From Octopus bimaculoides (lineage: Eukaryota), in assembly GCF_001194135.2 (NCBI RefSeq), contig NC_068992.1, forward strand, positions 21,283,529 to 21,347,528: a stretch of DNA of 64,000 bases, in the 5' to 3' direction. Positions 27,300 to 41,504 of this stretch are shown piece after piece (the stretch's first letter is position 1; every line of letters starts with the position of its first letter). Under the pieces are notes generated by a model. It was given only the letters and a program-made list of their open reading frames with translations, searched no databases and was not told the DNA's origin. The position numbers and the translations under genes are program-made.

Positions 27300-27545
27300 T
27301 ACTTATTATTATTATTTCATCTTTGACTTTTGCTTTGCATTTGTACAAGTTGGCTCCAAGTTTCACCGGCGACCTGAAGAGACAAGAAGTTAGAAGTTCA
27401 TGTTGGGGTTATTCTTAGGGTGTCATATATTTGGTTTTGTACATAGTGTTGTTCTAAAGAATATTTAAAAAACCATAAGAATATTGTGTTTGTTTTAAAA
27501 TTTGTTTAAAATTTTATTATTATTATTGTTATTATTGTTATTAAT

Positions 27546-27599
<54 letters not shown>

Positions 27600-28052
27600 T
27601 GTTTGACTTTTCCTTTGTATTTGTACAAGTTGACTCCAAGTCTCACCTAGAGACCTCAAGAGACAACAAGTTAGATGTTCAAGTTGGTGTTATGCCCAAG
27701 GTGTCATATATTTGGTTTTGCACATAACATTATTCTAGAGAATGTTTAATAAATCATACGACAATTATAAGTTTGTCTTAAAAATTGAGATTACACAGAC
27801 AGTATTTTACGTAGGATATGGGCAGTTCCCATGAGCACTATATTTTTGAATTTCTGCCATTTTGAAATTTCCTGGTATCTCAGCTAGGTAGGAATCAGCC
27901 CCTTTTGCTATCATACCTAGGGCACCCATGACAACAGTTATTGTTTTAGTCTTGAGGTTCCACATTTTGCCATTTTCTGTTTCAAGATATTTATACTCAC
28001 TCAGCTTTTGGTAGGTCTTGACAGATACATTTATGTAGATTGGGACAGTCAT
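27300..28052 (-). mobile_element. REL-type non-LTR retrotransposon 3' end with tandemly duplicated 3' UTR and (AAT)n tail
   Basis: ORF 27807-28052 reads MTVPIYINVSVKTYQKLSEYKYLETENGKMWNLKTKTITVVMGALGMIAKG...MAEIQK. UTR copies at about 27320-27500 and 27600-27770 are related to 601-720. Confidence 0.85.
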
Positions 28053-28074
28053 ATCAATGAGAAGGCATGATTTA

Positions 28075-28120
<46 letters not shown>

Positions 28121-28134
28121 CATTATCATCATCA

Positions 28135-28194
<60 letters not shown>

Positions 28195-28949
28195 GTATCA
28201 TTATTATTATCATTATTATGTTGTTGTTTTTTTCTTCAAATTTTCTTCCATTTCTTGCCGAGTGTTTTCCGTACACTTAGGGCAGAGAAGCTCATTGTAT
28301 GCATTCCCAGTTTACACACACAAATTCACAGGTAAAATATGTATTGTTAAAGAATTAATAAATAAATGAATTCATGAATGGATATTGTTTTCACAACGAT
28401 AATGCTCTTCTCAGTACATTAGTCGTTCCAGTTAACACGATTTTTTTGCATTTCCTGTATAGATGGTAAGCCTGGTATCATTTTCAAATAGGTTTCAGTA
28501 CCTTTTTTTAATCATTACTAGAAATCCTACAATCACTGGTATGGTAGTCGCCTGAAGATGCCACATTTTTTTCAATTTCTATTAGTAATGTTTTTATATT
28601 TACTGATCGTGTCAAATTCTTTCGCCGCTATATTTTGATAGCAAGGAATATTCATGTCAAACTTTGAAGCATGGTAACCATATCTTACAAAAGAAGGTAT
28701 GTCTTTGCTTGAGAAATTTGTTCCGTACGAAATAGAGGAAGAAAACGGTATGAAAGTTATAATTCATCATTCCGTATATGACACACAGAAGAATTTCGTG
28801 TTCTGCGAGACCAAGAGTGAAAGAGAATGATGAACTGTGGTAGTGTGACAAATTTACACGTGAGCACATACCGTAATACAAAGTCCAGCGTAAAAAAGTG
28901 TAACAATCAAGGGCATTTGGTGTGAGTGTTACACTTCACTCGTTCTCAT

Positions 28950-29650
28950 TTTTGTGGCGTAATTTTGGCAGGTTTTAAATGCAGAAGTCAGAAATCATCA
29001 GAAGGGATTAAATTTGAGCGGATTTTGTCAAGCAGCTGTTATCCCGCAGATGCAGCTCTTCACTGATGATAACAAGAAGAGTGCTCCGTTGTCTCTCATT
29101 TTCCGGGAAGTTCAAGCAGTTTTGTCTTCTCTAGTGCAATGGTTAAATAGAACTTTTGGTGGGCACAAGTGAAATGATTGCAGTAGGCATCTTCCTCTTC
29201 AGCTTAATCCTCAACAACCTTTTCAAACTTTCCTGGGTGAAAAAATGTAATTGTAGGTGCTTCACCCTCTAATTCATTGAAACGTGAGAGCTGTGAATAA
29301 GACTTGAATGAATGGGTCCTATCCACTTCAACAGGACATTTTTGTTTCCAGCAAGTACGTCTCCCATATAAACTAGTGATTATTCCTATATGTATGCTTA
29401 GGAAATACAGAATAAAGTTTACTCCATAGGAATCAGTAAATGCAGATTCGAATTCATGATGTGATGGTTATTGTTATACCTTATCGCCGCGTCTATCGTT
29501 CCTATACTCATAGGAGAATGAAAATCTATGAAATATATTGTATTTCTGTTTTCTTGAGAAGATCAAAGCTCGGAGGTAAGAATTAACAGACATGAAACCT
29601 ACGCATTTATTCCTAATACGCAGCAGCGAACAATTCATCCTTTTCATTGC
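28950..29650 (-). mobile_element. Decayed RTE-like LINE remnant (post-RT region)
   Basis: Minus-strand pieces TIDAAI...SAF, SLYG and FFTQESLKRLLRIKLKRKMPTAII resemble RTE ID.EI..AF..LLYG.ETW..F.QRCLR.IL.I.W. Many frameshifts. Confidence 0.45.
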
Positions 29651-30554
29651 GGTACCATATAAAAAAAACATGATTTTCTTTCTTTATCACTTATGTTACA
29701 AAACATGATCTTTCCTCACCTTAACAAAATAAAGTACACAAAATTTTTTCCCCAAATAAAAGGTCATCTTTCTTTTATCTTTCTTAAATAATAAAGTTTC
29801 TTTCAAGTTTAACGAAAATGTTCTACTGTTGTTTTTATTATTTTTTCTTTTAATTTTTAAGTTTCAAATCTTGGTGTGAAAAAAAAATGGTGGTCTCTAC
29901 GTCGATATCAATACATCAATAATGTTGTAGTTATTTATCGCTGTGACGTAGCATTATAACCTTACTGAGTTTTCTCAAGAGATAATGCTAAAATATTTGG
30001 AATAGGAAAAACTTAAGATGTTCTCTTTTTTGAATACCAAAGAACAGATCAGGAACACATTCTAATATATCAAGATTAACAGACACAATTTAAATGACGA
30101 TTAACCCTCCTACTTGTTAAAGTAAAGAAAACTTTTCCTTTTACCACAGTCTCCCATTCCTTGGTCATGTCGGATTATCATAAAGGCCTTAAATAATTGT
30201 GTCCCCGAATCTGTCAGTCCCTCATGGACTCCCACCTTGTCAACTCACTTATTCTGAATTATCATTAGTTTTCAAGACTTAAAGAATTAATCGTGCGCTA
30301 AAATAGAAAAACAGCAACTTGAAGCTGCAGGCTTTGCATGGCAAAGACTGGGATCGGAAAGATGAATAACAACGATTAACCAAATAACGTTTGCATTACT
30401 TTTGGGAGCTCGACTTGCTCGAAATAGATATGAGAAATATCCTTCAAATAACACCAACACAAACTAGAGTGGTACTAGATGACAGGGTGAACAGTTGAAA
30501 TTTTTGTAATCATATATCTACTCCGGTGGCAAAAATGAGCTCTACAATTAATTC

Positions 30555-30715
30555 AAAGGGTCAGCCTTGTCGTATTCTGTGTCATGCTGAATCTCCCTGA
30601 GAGCTACGTTAGAAGTACGTGGGTCTGTGAAGTGCTCAGCCACTTGCACGTTAATTCCCCAAACATGCTTCTCCGTTGATCGGATCAACTGTAACTATCA
30701 CCGTCGTAACCGTTA
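30555..30715 (+). mobile_element. SINE-like family D fragment
   Basis: aagggtcagccttgtc...gtgctcagccacttgcacgttaatt...ttccgttgatcggatcaactg, recognised as a recurrent octopus-type interspersed repeat. Recall only. Confidence 0.45.
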
Positions 30716-31576
30716 ATCATGCGTCTATTAAATTAAGGTTGATCTAGAGTTAAACAACTTTCATCATAGCTACTATTGTTAGAGGAATAGCTTATGGAAG
30801 CAACCGCCGTCTGGCTCATAGGTTTGTAGATCGGTCTCGATCTTTGAGCTAGAAGATCAACTAATCATCATGAACATCGCCAAAATCATAGTCTAGTCCA
30901 GTCAATTGCCAGGTTAGATACTATGAACATAATATACAGGTGGGTCTCATCACTTCCAGTGTTTTCTAGATCAACAATATCTACAGTAGAGTTAAATAGT
31001 GTGGCTAAGGAGATCATTAGGGGTTAGATAACATCGTGTTACCAAGATACTTAGCATCTCTCCAGAATTATTGTTTATAGTTTCCTATCAAACACGACCC
31101 ATCCATATAACCAGACGAACACCTTCCATTTAATGTCTACCTAATTTGCCGCGTGTTCTGTCTTTTCAACCTTTTTAAAGCCTCTATTTTCTTATTAAAT
31201 AATAATTGCTTCTACTGATTAGCTTCTGTATATAGTTTTACATCATATTCAAGTCTGGAAGATATCTTAAAGTCAGTGAACATGAACGTTGGTAAAATAC
31301 TAAAAAGCTCCGATTGCAGGACATATTACCAAGATTAATAGACGCGTGAACCCTTTCTCTGAGTGAGAATATTTTCATGTGATTGTTTTCATACGCCACA
31401 TATAAGTGGTTCTCGAACTAACACGCACTAAATATTTTAGTGAAATTCTTTCTTCTATCTTCATTAATGAAAAGGCAGAATAGAGTTTGCAATTTTATGG
31501 CAATTTATCCTACACCATTTCATTCCTTACAACTCCTCATTCAAAGACACCTAGCAACCTGTGTTAAAAGCACTCA

Positions 31577-31622
31577 TGTGTGTGTGTGTGTGTGTGCGTG
31601 TGTGCGTGTGTGCGTGTGTGTT

Positions 31623-31695
<73 letters not shown>
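31577..31695. repeat. (TG)n microsatellite
   Basis: Directly visible. One of many (TA)n, (TG)n, (AAT)n, (GTA)n, (CT)n, (GGAA)n, (GTAG)n and (GATA)n tracts in the window. Confidence 0.95.
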
Positions 31696-31698
<3 letters not shown>

Positions 31699-33461
31699 AA
31701 TGCTTTGGGAGACCTTGTAATAAAATTCCAAAATTCCATGAACTAGAAAAGATATGTCGACATATTTGACAAATTTAAGCCAATGGAATATTGAGCAGAC
31801 AAGATTTTATAGAATATTGATTCTTTTTCAAGCATATTTATGAGATTTTGTTTTATTTAATAGTGCCACCCTTTATAAAGCAACACTAGGAAAATTTCCA
31901 AATTTTACCAAACTAAAATCCGTGTAGTATTCCATTAAATCTTTTTAAATTCTGAGTGTTCCTGGCTGAAAACTATTTCTCTTTACTTTTGCATCGAAAG
32001 AATTAATACCAGTTGCATTCCATGAACAGTAAAAGAGATAATATTACTTAATAATTTGTGGCATTCTTACAGTATGAGAAATCAATATTTTATGCGATGC
32101 TTTCAGAAAAAGAACCACATATCATAACTAGTTTTAAATGTTAAATCGCAATCAGATGGGGCTGATTTTTCTTTAAATAATTTGGGGTCGACATAAAATA
32201 CCACCAGTAATATAAGGGGATTTGTATGAATCAACTAGATTTAGCCTTTCCCTTTAAACATATTTGGCTAATACTTAAGAAAAATAAAGATATCCCAAAT
32301 GTCTGCAAGTGCCAAAGTGTGAGAGGTGATAAGAAACTTGAAGGAAATAATCATACTCACACATGAATAAGAAAGAAATATTAAAAGGAAACATTTATTG
32401 TGTTAGGCTCGTCTCGCCTTTGCTATTACTGATAATTAATGATAATTAATAGATTCTCGATGAAATCAGAAACGTTGTAAGCTGAATAGGCAGCGATTTT
32501 AATAATCGTTAATGCCATGGAACTAATCGAAATTTCATCAAACGATATAGGTGGCGATATAACTTTATCAACTAGCAACTAGTAATTTATATGTTCCAGT
32601 ATATGTTGCGAATAAAAGCCTTGGTTGGTAAAGGATGTAGAATTATCCTACGTTTGTAGGCGTTTTAGTAACTTCTTCCTTATTATATGTAAAGCAGACA
32701 TTATTGATTTATGTTTTTTTTTGTTTTTGTTTTGCGTCTACATTACCACCTGTTTATTCGTGCAACATTGAATTAACCAAGTTATGAATTCCACCAATAT
32801 TAATCCGTGCTCCAGACTAAATATTAAGTCTTTCAGATTGATTTTAATCTCAGACTTTTCCATTTCTGATACGCTTTATTCGTTCGCAATGTTTTCCTTG
32901 TTCCACACACCAACTTCCGCTGCCTAACATCGTGCTGTCAGTAAAGCTAGCACTTTCGCCAACCCCCAGCAGTGAACTTTGCAAAACTAACTGTGTGTTA
33001 TTGATTCTATTTTCATCACTCTATTTGTCCAAACTATCTGCAGCATTGATCTGTAAACTTCTGTGCCAGAGGCTTTACTTTTATTTTCATTCGCATACAT
33101 TGCAAATGATAGCTGTGTATTTTTATGTTTTCGTAAGGTAATTGTTAAATATTATACAGTTTCGTGTGTGTGTGTCTATGTGTGTGTGTGTGTGTATGTC
33201 TGTGTGTGTGTGTGAATGATGTTTATGTGGTGGGGGGTGTCCATCCAATTATGTGTACGAGAGTGTATGCGTGAGTCCATGTTTGTTTATTGTGCATATA
33301 CACACATGCGTACACTCATGTAGACACACATACACATGCACACGTATATTTATGTGTGAAATCGATGTTTAATCCAACATTTCAATACAGTTTATATATA
33401 TACAAATATATATATACATACATGCATACATACATACGTACCATACATACATAGATATACA

Positions 33462-33529
<68 letters not shown>

Positions 33530-34502
33530 NNNNNNNNNNNNNNNNNNNNNNNNNNNNNNNNNNNNNNNNNNNNNNNTATATTTATACACATGAGTGTGTG
33601 GACATGAGTGTGCGAGCGTGTGAATATTTCTAAGTGTATGTGTACATGTGTGCTGTTAATGAGTTTTAGGAGACATTAAGATAATACTGTTAAACTATAT
33701 ACATTCAAGATATTTACTCATAGAAATTACATTACCATGTTCTGAATAACTGACTGAAGGTTTTGGTAAGCGATAACATGAGGATAAAAAATATACATAA
33801 AGAAAAGAAAAGCAGAATATTATTTAAGGAGAAGGGAATGGTAAACTACCACTGCAAAGAAATATTATTTTCTTGTTGCATTTGTAATAAAACATTTGTA
33901 GAGTGAGGACAATTTTACGGCGAAAGAATTTTATATTGAAATTGTAATAATGTAATTTTGTAAGCTTCAATTATAGGTTTACTTGTAAGAAGGAAAGCAT
34001 TTTGTTTTTATTGGCGTTTCTGATCGATTTTTATATATATTTTCGTTTGTTTGTTGTTGTATGTATGTGCGAAAATAACAAAAAACTGCATTTGTGAAAT
34101 TTTGTGATTTAATAAGTAAGATGTTTTTGTTCTTCATTAATCATACCATTTCAATGTTTTTAACATTGGTATTACGGTTAAATAATAATTTTTTAAAATA
34201 TTTATAAGTGTATTAAGATATTATGCTGTGAAATTTCAATGTCACCTCATTGGGGTGGGATGATTGCAATCGGGGTTTTCATATTTATAGGAAATGGAGA
34301 AAGTTGTTGGCAGAGTTGCAGAAACGGGAAGACAACTGAAATAGAATTGCTTTCTTCTCTCCTCTCGTAGATTTAATCTTATGAGTTCCAGTTCTGTTGA
34401 TATTCTTTTATATTTGCTTCCCTTTGACCACTGAAGAACACTTCAGGTTTTCCCTCCCCCCGTTCCTTACTGCGTCCTGTTTACATAACTCTCACTTCTC
34501 AC

Positions 34503-34712
34503 ATATTTCTTTCAAATTTTGACGCAATGACAGCAATTCTGTAAGGAAGGAGGAATCGATTACATCGATTCCAGTGCTCAACTGGTACTTAATTTATCGA
34601 TCCCGAAAGAATGGTGCTGATCGCGGCGGAATTTGAAATCAGGGCGGAAAGATGGATGAAATGATGCTAAGCATTTTGCCCGGCGTGCTAACGATTCTGC
34701 CAGCACGCCGTC
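34503..34712 (-). mobile_element. tRNA-derived SINE family B
   Basis: actggtacttaatttatcgatcccgaaag...gcggaatttgaa...ttttgcccggcgtgctaacgattctgccagc is the reverse complement of the family B head and core. Confidence 0.85.
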
Positions 34713-35555
34713 TCTTCTCGCATAGTGATTTCAAATTTTAGCGCAAGGATCTCAAAACTGTTCATACACCCTCGTATATAAATATATATATATAATAGAG
34801 AAATTATACAAAATATATAACTAGATGATGATTAAAGCACCGGCATGGTTTCGATTACCTTCTGTTGTCCGTAGATTTATTGCACGAACTTAGTGGCGGT
34901 TGGGGTAACTGTATAAATAAAATAGATGGAATGAGTAAAAGATTTTGGTGGGTATGACACGTTTCGATCCGTTCTGGGTCAATTCGGGTACATCAATAAA
35001 GTCTCACAAGAGTTTTCCTGCGTCGGCTTATGTATATTCCTTCTTCGAACCCACAAGAGTTAACAAGTGAAACAGAGACAGGCAGAAACAAGAAAAATGC
35101 CTCTGTTATTTGAATACTATACAAATATGTCTTTAAAAAGACTTTTCTTTTAAATTTACCAAAATTTAATTTTTCAATAATTTTTCAAAAATCTATTATT
35201 CATATTTACTGTTGAAAAGATCTCAAGGATCGAAACCGGTTCTGTAATGTTCTTTATAAATGTATTTTAGCTTTTTCTACTTTGTCTTTTANNNNNNNNN
35301 NNNNNNNNNNNNNNNNNNNNNNNNNNNNNNNNNNNNNNNNNNNNNNNNNNNNNNNNNNNNNNNNNNNNNNNNNNNNNNNNNNNNNNNNNNNNNNNNNNNN
35401 NNNNNNNNNNNNNNNNNNNNNNNNNNNNNNNNNNNNNNNNNNNNNNNNNNNNNNNNNNNNNNNNNNNNNNNNNNNNNNNNNNNNNNNNNNNNNNNNNNNN
35501 NNNNNNNNNNNNNNNNNNNNNNNNNNNNNNNNNNNNTATATATATACATATATAC

Positions 35556-35712
35556 ACGACGGGCTTCTTTCAGTTTCCGTCTATAAAATCTACTCACAAG
35601 ACTTTAGTCAGCCCGAAGCTATAGTTGAAGAAACTTCTCCAAGGTGCCACACAGTCGGATTGGACACGGAACTATGTGGTTGGGAAGTGAATTTCTTACC
35701 ACACAGCCACGC
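35556..35712 (-). mobile_element. SINE family A 5' half
   Basis: cgacgggcttctttcagtttccgtcta...aaggtgccacacagt...ggaactatgtggttgggaag...accacacagccac. Confidence 0.85.
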
Positions 35713-38196
35713 CTACGCTTATCTGTATATTTCCTGTTAGAATTATCCTCGTGTAAAACATGTCTTAAGTCTTCAATATCAAAGTAATCTCTTTTGCTTA
35801 TATATTTCCGACGCTACTGCTACATATGCCTAAAGTTATCTTTTACAAAGTTAGCATTTCTTTCAAACTTTTGTAATGGTAGTAAACTCGAATTCAGCTG
35901 TGACTGATCTTAAAACACTGACATTTTTATTTTCCGATAGTAAATGCAGAATCAACATATATCTTATTCAAATAATGTCTTACATTACTTGATACTTTTA
36001 ATGTTCGTGAATTTAAGGCAGACCTTGCTAAATCAGATAATAGTAAAACAAAAAATTATTGCTTAATATGTGCTTGCTATATTGCAAAAATCCTGTTCCG
36101 TGTTCTGGTTTTCTTGTTACCGCGTGGGATTATTAATGGTATCAATTATGAAATAAGTAAATATGGTATAATCACTAATGATTTTCACCAGCAAAATACA
36201 ATGTTTTCCACTAGCGGTAACGTATTAGAATTTATTGGAGGCGTTTTAACTACAAACTAGTTAAATGTTAAGGTGTCTGGAGAGTTACTGATTGCAAATG
36301 TGATTATATATTTTGGAATATTTAACCTCATTTTTATATATGGGAAATTTTAAAAAGTTCATAGATGAGATCCAGATATTCTCCGTATAGAATACACTTA
36401 GACGTGCCGAAGAGATTTGAACTTGATCGGCTATAGAGGTAGATGTAGGGATAAGCGAATTAGACAGATCAATATATAAGGTGTATTAAATATATGAAAT
36501 ACAAAAAAAAAATGTAGGTATATGTATACATATAAAAAGGTTAAACCTACACAGAATATAATTAACCGAAATTCCTTATACCATAAGAATTTCAGTGAAA
36601 GCTTGTGGTATTCACGATCTCACGTTTTATCCTAATCCATACTACATCCATTAAATACCCATTGTTAATATCCGACAGTGAATCAGAATTCTACATTTCC
36701 TAGAATTAAATCTTTCACCATAGATTCTATTTAGAGTATAACAAACTGTTTTAAATGTTATTGATATCTAAAACGCAAAAGTTCCTTATTCGGAAAGCCG
36801 GATCGCATACACCATCAGACACGCATACATGTATTCATATGAAAATACGCCTTAATCAAAAATAAGTCATTCTAACAATATCAATATGCATTATAAAACT
36901 CATAGTTTTCTATGTTCTAAGACTATATTTTCAAGTCTGTTTCAAAAAGACTTGCACTTTTATTTACAGTGAAACTATATTTTAGTAGTTAATGGCTATC
37001 AAATTCTAGGCATAAGCTGTTACATCTGTTCTGATTAATGGGTCTCTTGACTTTAACTGGAAGAAAACTCTCCACCAGATCGATAAAATATATCTTATTT
37101 AAAATGTAAAATCTTTATCGTTTTCTTTGTACTTTGTCTTCGCTCTTTCTCTCCCTTTCTATGTTTCCTTATCTACTTCTCTGTCTGTCTTTTGTCTGTA
37201 TCTGTATCTCTCTCCTTCTCTCTCACCCTCACCTTTTCACATCCACCTCCCTCCTTCCTCTCACTCTCTCTCTCTCTCTCACTCTCTCTCTCTCTCACTA
37301 TTTCTCTCTCTCGCGCGCGCATTCTCTCACGCGCTTTCACCTCATTATTAATCTAGATTATCTTGTTGCACATGGCAACTACTCGAATTATTTAACCTAG
37401 TACCACAAATCTCAAAACTCCACACTTTATGTGCATGTGTGTTCTTCTTTTCAGGTCGAACGCTACATTTATTCCAATAAACCAATAAAAAAGCTTCTGC
37501 CTGCAGTTGATCGCTCTATCTACTAGAAATAGCAAGTGAATTTCCCTCACAACTCGCTTTGTGGTCTGAAAAGAGAAGAGAATGAAAAGTTGGATAATAT
37601 CATTCCAAATATAATGTTTGAAAAGAGTGAAATGTTGTTGATGTGTCCAACACATGTTCTATTGAATAATATGGAGTTAAAGTACTCGAGCAATAACAAA
37701 AAGGACTTGTAGTACGCTAAACCCCATTTTGTCCGTTTAAACCCCACACATGGGGTTTATACGGATAAAATTTTTCCCACACTCATTCGCATTTCTTATC
37801 AGTTTGATACTTACTATATTGAATAAGCTAAAATTTTCCTATTTCCGTTGTCACTTACGTAAAATGATTCGGCGTAATAAATGCCATGTACCATAAGATA
37901 CACTAAAGTACAGTACACATGGCTATGAAGCCGCTACTTTCCAACCTATGTTTTTTAAACTCCGCAACTGTCTTTATCTAACAATGTTGTTTTTTTATCT
38001 TTGATCTCAAACAACACGTCTATCCAATTTTATAGTTTCCACAGCAAACTAAATAACTAAATCTATATTTGCTAGGATGTAAAATCTATCGAGCAAATAC
38101 AAAATCATAGCAAATACATAGACGGATAGTTACAACACTACAATATAAATGTCGCTACTATACTACACGCTATTGTTGTAATACTATACACCGGTA

Positions 38197-38628
38197 GGCG
38201 GCGAACTGAGAGAATCGTTAGCACGCCGAGCGAAATGCTTAGCGGTATTTCGTCTGCCGTTACGTTCTAAGTTCAAATTCCGCCGAGGTCGACTTTGCCT
38301 TTCATCCTTTCGGGGTCGATAAATTAAGTACCAGTTACGCACTGGGGTCGATGTAATCGACTTAATCCGTTCGTCTGTTCTTGTTTGTTCCCTCTATGTT
38401 TAGCCCCTTGTGGGCAATAAAAAAATAAGAAACGTTAAAACGCCGGACAAAATGCTTAACAGTATTTCGTATGTCTTTACGTTCTTAGTTCAAATTCCGC
38501 CGAGGTCGACTTTGCCTTTCATCCTTTCTGGGTTGTTAAATTAAATACCAATTGTGTACTGGGATCGGTCTAATCGACTGGCCCCGTCCCCCAAAATTTC
38601 GGGCCTTGTGCCTAGAGTAGAAAAGAAT
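38197..38628 (+). mobile_element. Two head-to-tail family B SINEs with different 3' tails (second is 5'-truncated)
   Basis: 38197-38428 and 38429-38628 share gttcaaattccgccgaggtcgactttgcctttcatcctttc. Their tails differ (tagccccttgtgggcaataaa versus gggccttgtgcctagagtagaaaagaat). Confidence 0.9.
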
Positions 38629-41024
38629 ACTATACAGCGGTTGTCAGGCAGTGTGGTGGGACAACTACAGACACAAATACACAGTCACACGCACATACAC
38701 ACACAGATGTAAAGATATATATATATATATATGACGAGTTACAACGTGGTTTTCATTGGAGCAATGGGTTATTCTCGGGTTGAAATGACGGCTACGAAAA
38801 TCAGTGGTAAGATGTGTTTCGGTTGTAGAGCAAGGGTTTTCAGCTTGAGATTTGATTACTGATAGTGGGTGGTGGTTCGGCAGAATTGTTAGAGCAGTGA
38901 ACAAAATATTACGCATTTTCTTTCTTTTTTTTTTTACTTGTATCAGCTATTATACTGCGGCCTTGAAGGGTACTCTTCGAAGAGTTGTATTTGAACAAGT
39001 CGACTCAAGAATTTTTTAAAGTCTGACAATATCCTATCGGTCAATGATACCGAACCTCTAGATTACATGAACGTAAAGAAACACACACACATGTATGTAT
39101 ATATATATATGAATAGGCTTCCATTTAGTTTCCGCCTACTTTCAGAAGGCATTGTAGGTACGGGGCTACATTCGAAGGCATTTACCCAAGGTGCTGTGCA
39201 ACGAGACTTAACCCGAAACCATGTGCTTTCAAACCATATATCCATTTCATGTTCAGAGTATAAGACCTGATGTGGTCGTCGTTACCTTTCCGTGATTCTG
39301 GGGCGGTGGGGGAGTACCTCAAGTAGCCTTTATGTAATAGAGATGATATATTCGATAGTTTAATCACCACAAAGCGTATGACCTTGTTTTTAGGTTAAAA
39401 AACAAATATTCAGCAATATATTATAAAGAAATGTCCAAAAAGAGAAGATTTTCTGAACCGCATAATGTTTTAATAGCTAGAATAATCTGAATTAAACAAC
39501 ATCTTGCTGTAACATAAACGTACAAATGACAAAAACAAAAGTGAGAGAAAAATTAGTTTCGTTTATAAATAGAAAGATTTAATGTAAATCCCTTGGTTAA
39601 CAGACAAAAACACGTTACATTGTTTCAGTAATTATTCAAGGTGGTAGATGGAACATATAAATATTTTCCTAATCTTGAATTTATTAAATAAAACGAAAAA
39701 GTAATTTGGTCAACGTGTGTGTCTCAAGAATATTCTAATGAAGACAAAAACGAATATAATTCATTTATTATGCTTCTTATATAATCCAATTACAAATACT
39801 AGAGACAATCTCGATGTTTCCAAATATTAAATACGTCAAAAATGGAATTCGCTGATTATTTCTTTTGTAAAAATTGTCTGACCTTATAATGAGATCACTT
39901 TCATAGTAAACTCTCTTTTTATATCGCTCTCAAATATTCACCAACAAAATTCTCAAAGTTATCGATCTATTTTATTCCCAAGAGAAACCTATTCTTGCAA
40001 TAAATTTACATAAACAGATCATTTTTTCTCTCAGAGCTCTTACATAAATGAACTGATTAAATGAGTTATAACTTGTCAGATGTGATATATATATAGATGA
40101 ACTTTCTTCACAGTCTACATCTTAAGAGTTGCATTTTCTTATATTTTGGTTTTCATTAAAATCATCCATCAGAGTATAGAAACATATTGCCTTAAGTCTC
40201 CTGTTGATTTTCAATGATTTTTATGTATATACAGGCGTGTGTGCGAGCATAGGGGTGGGGTGGGTGTGCGTGTGAGTGGGGGTGAGTGTGGGGGGGGTGA
40301 CTACGTGGGGCGATTAGACACTTATAAACCTCCAAAGGTACATTTTGATATGTATAATGAAGGCAATTATTCATCACGAGTGTCCCCTAAGTAATTGGAA
40401 ATAAGAAAGAACCAGGCTAATATAAGCGTGTATGTGTATCTGTGTGTCCGTTTGTGTGTGTGTGTGTGCGTGTGCCTGTGTGTGTGTGTGCATGTGAGTG
40501 TGCGTGTGTGCGTGTGAGTGTGTGTAAAGATATAGATAAATATAAAACTGAATGAAAAATGGGAATTAATGAATTTCAGCAAATTCCATACTAACAAAAT
40601 GTGTATATATAAATAAGATATTTATCAGCCATAATGATTGTTTATTACTAAGTCCCTTTGTTAGTGGCTCCTTGAAAGAGTGGTAAGATGATTCTGTTCT
40701 TACATACGAGAGTAACACAGACTTAGTGCAGAGACACGTAAACATAAACAGTTTTAGCCAGTGAAGCATTAAATGATTTATTTACTTTCACTGTTAATGT
40801 GAAGGGGAATCCCACCAATGCCAACGTTATTTCTTACAAGCTTTAGGCGATATATTTATGCTATAAAATAATGGAAGATAAACTGAAATAAATTAAAATA
40901 AACTTTCATTATGTCAGTTCTGGAAGTTTGCATATTTTTCTTACAAATTTCACATGCATGAATATATACCTATTTGTAATACACACATGCATGCACGCAG
41001 ATATACATAAATATAGGCTGTCCT

Positions 41025-41290
41025 GCTGACATGAATATATATTCCAAAATCACGGATAAATACGGACAACTGCTTCGATGCTTCCAAGTTCTATAGCCAG
41101 GTTGTAAGTTCCCATTTTTACCAATAATAATTGGTGCATTTGGCTTGTGAGTGAATGCAATCTGAAAAAAGCTGAGGTTTTCCGAAAAAGAAATCAACCA
41201 GGTTACTCGCACATTGCAAATACATTCTGTATTTGCAGTAAAAATCTACAAGACGTTTCTCAAGTTCAAAATCTACATTCCAACAGCGTG
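41025..41290 (+). mobile_element. REL-type non-LTR retrotransposon 3' remnant (second family)
   Basis: CPADMNIYSKITDKYGQLLRCFQVL, PIIIGAFG and RTLQIHSVFAVKIYKTFLKF, with stops and frameshifts. Confidence 0.75.
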
Positions 41291-41445
41291 ACATCATGAA
41301 ATATAATGGATGTCAGTAAAGTTTTTAACACCTAACACTGCTGCAAATATTTTCTTTCTGATTCGACACAACAATTATTAAATTCAATAATTCAATTTAT
41401 GCTGCTACCATTTTTTACATACCATTTTTTCATTTTTTTTTTTAG

Positions 41446-41504
41446 GACGTTCACCACCTGCAAAGAAATACATCTTTAAGTTCGTTAAAGAACATAACTT
41501 TAGA
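41446..41504 (+). CDS. Candidate coding exon of an unidentified host gene: (G)RSPPAKKYIFKFVKEHNFR
   Basis: Strong poly-T acceptor ttttcatttttttttttag and donor aga|gtacgt. The 59-nt exon is phase 1 to 0 and joins in frame to the 46646 exon. Confidence 0.5.

Noticed and set aside
32880-33143. ETS-like acttccg motif and donor aag|gtaatt as a promoter or first exon
   Set aside because: A single short motif, expected by chance. No CpG island or transcript evidence.
37457-37530. Acceptor followed by VERYIYSNKPIKKLLPAVDRSIY*, and the overlapping minus ORF 37392-37655
   Set aside because: It overlaps a remnant of a common interspersed repeat motif (gctatttctag...gagcgatc) and has no supporting donor or phase link.
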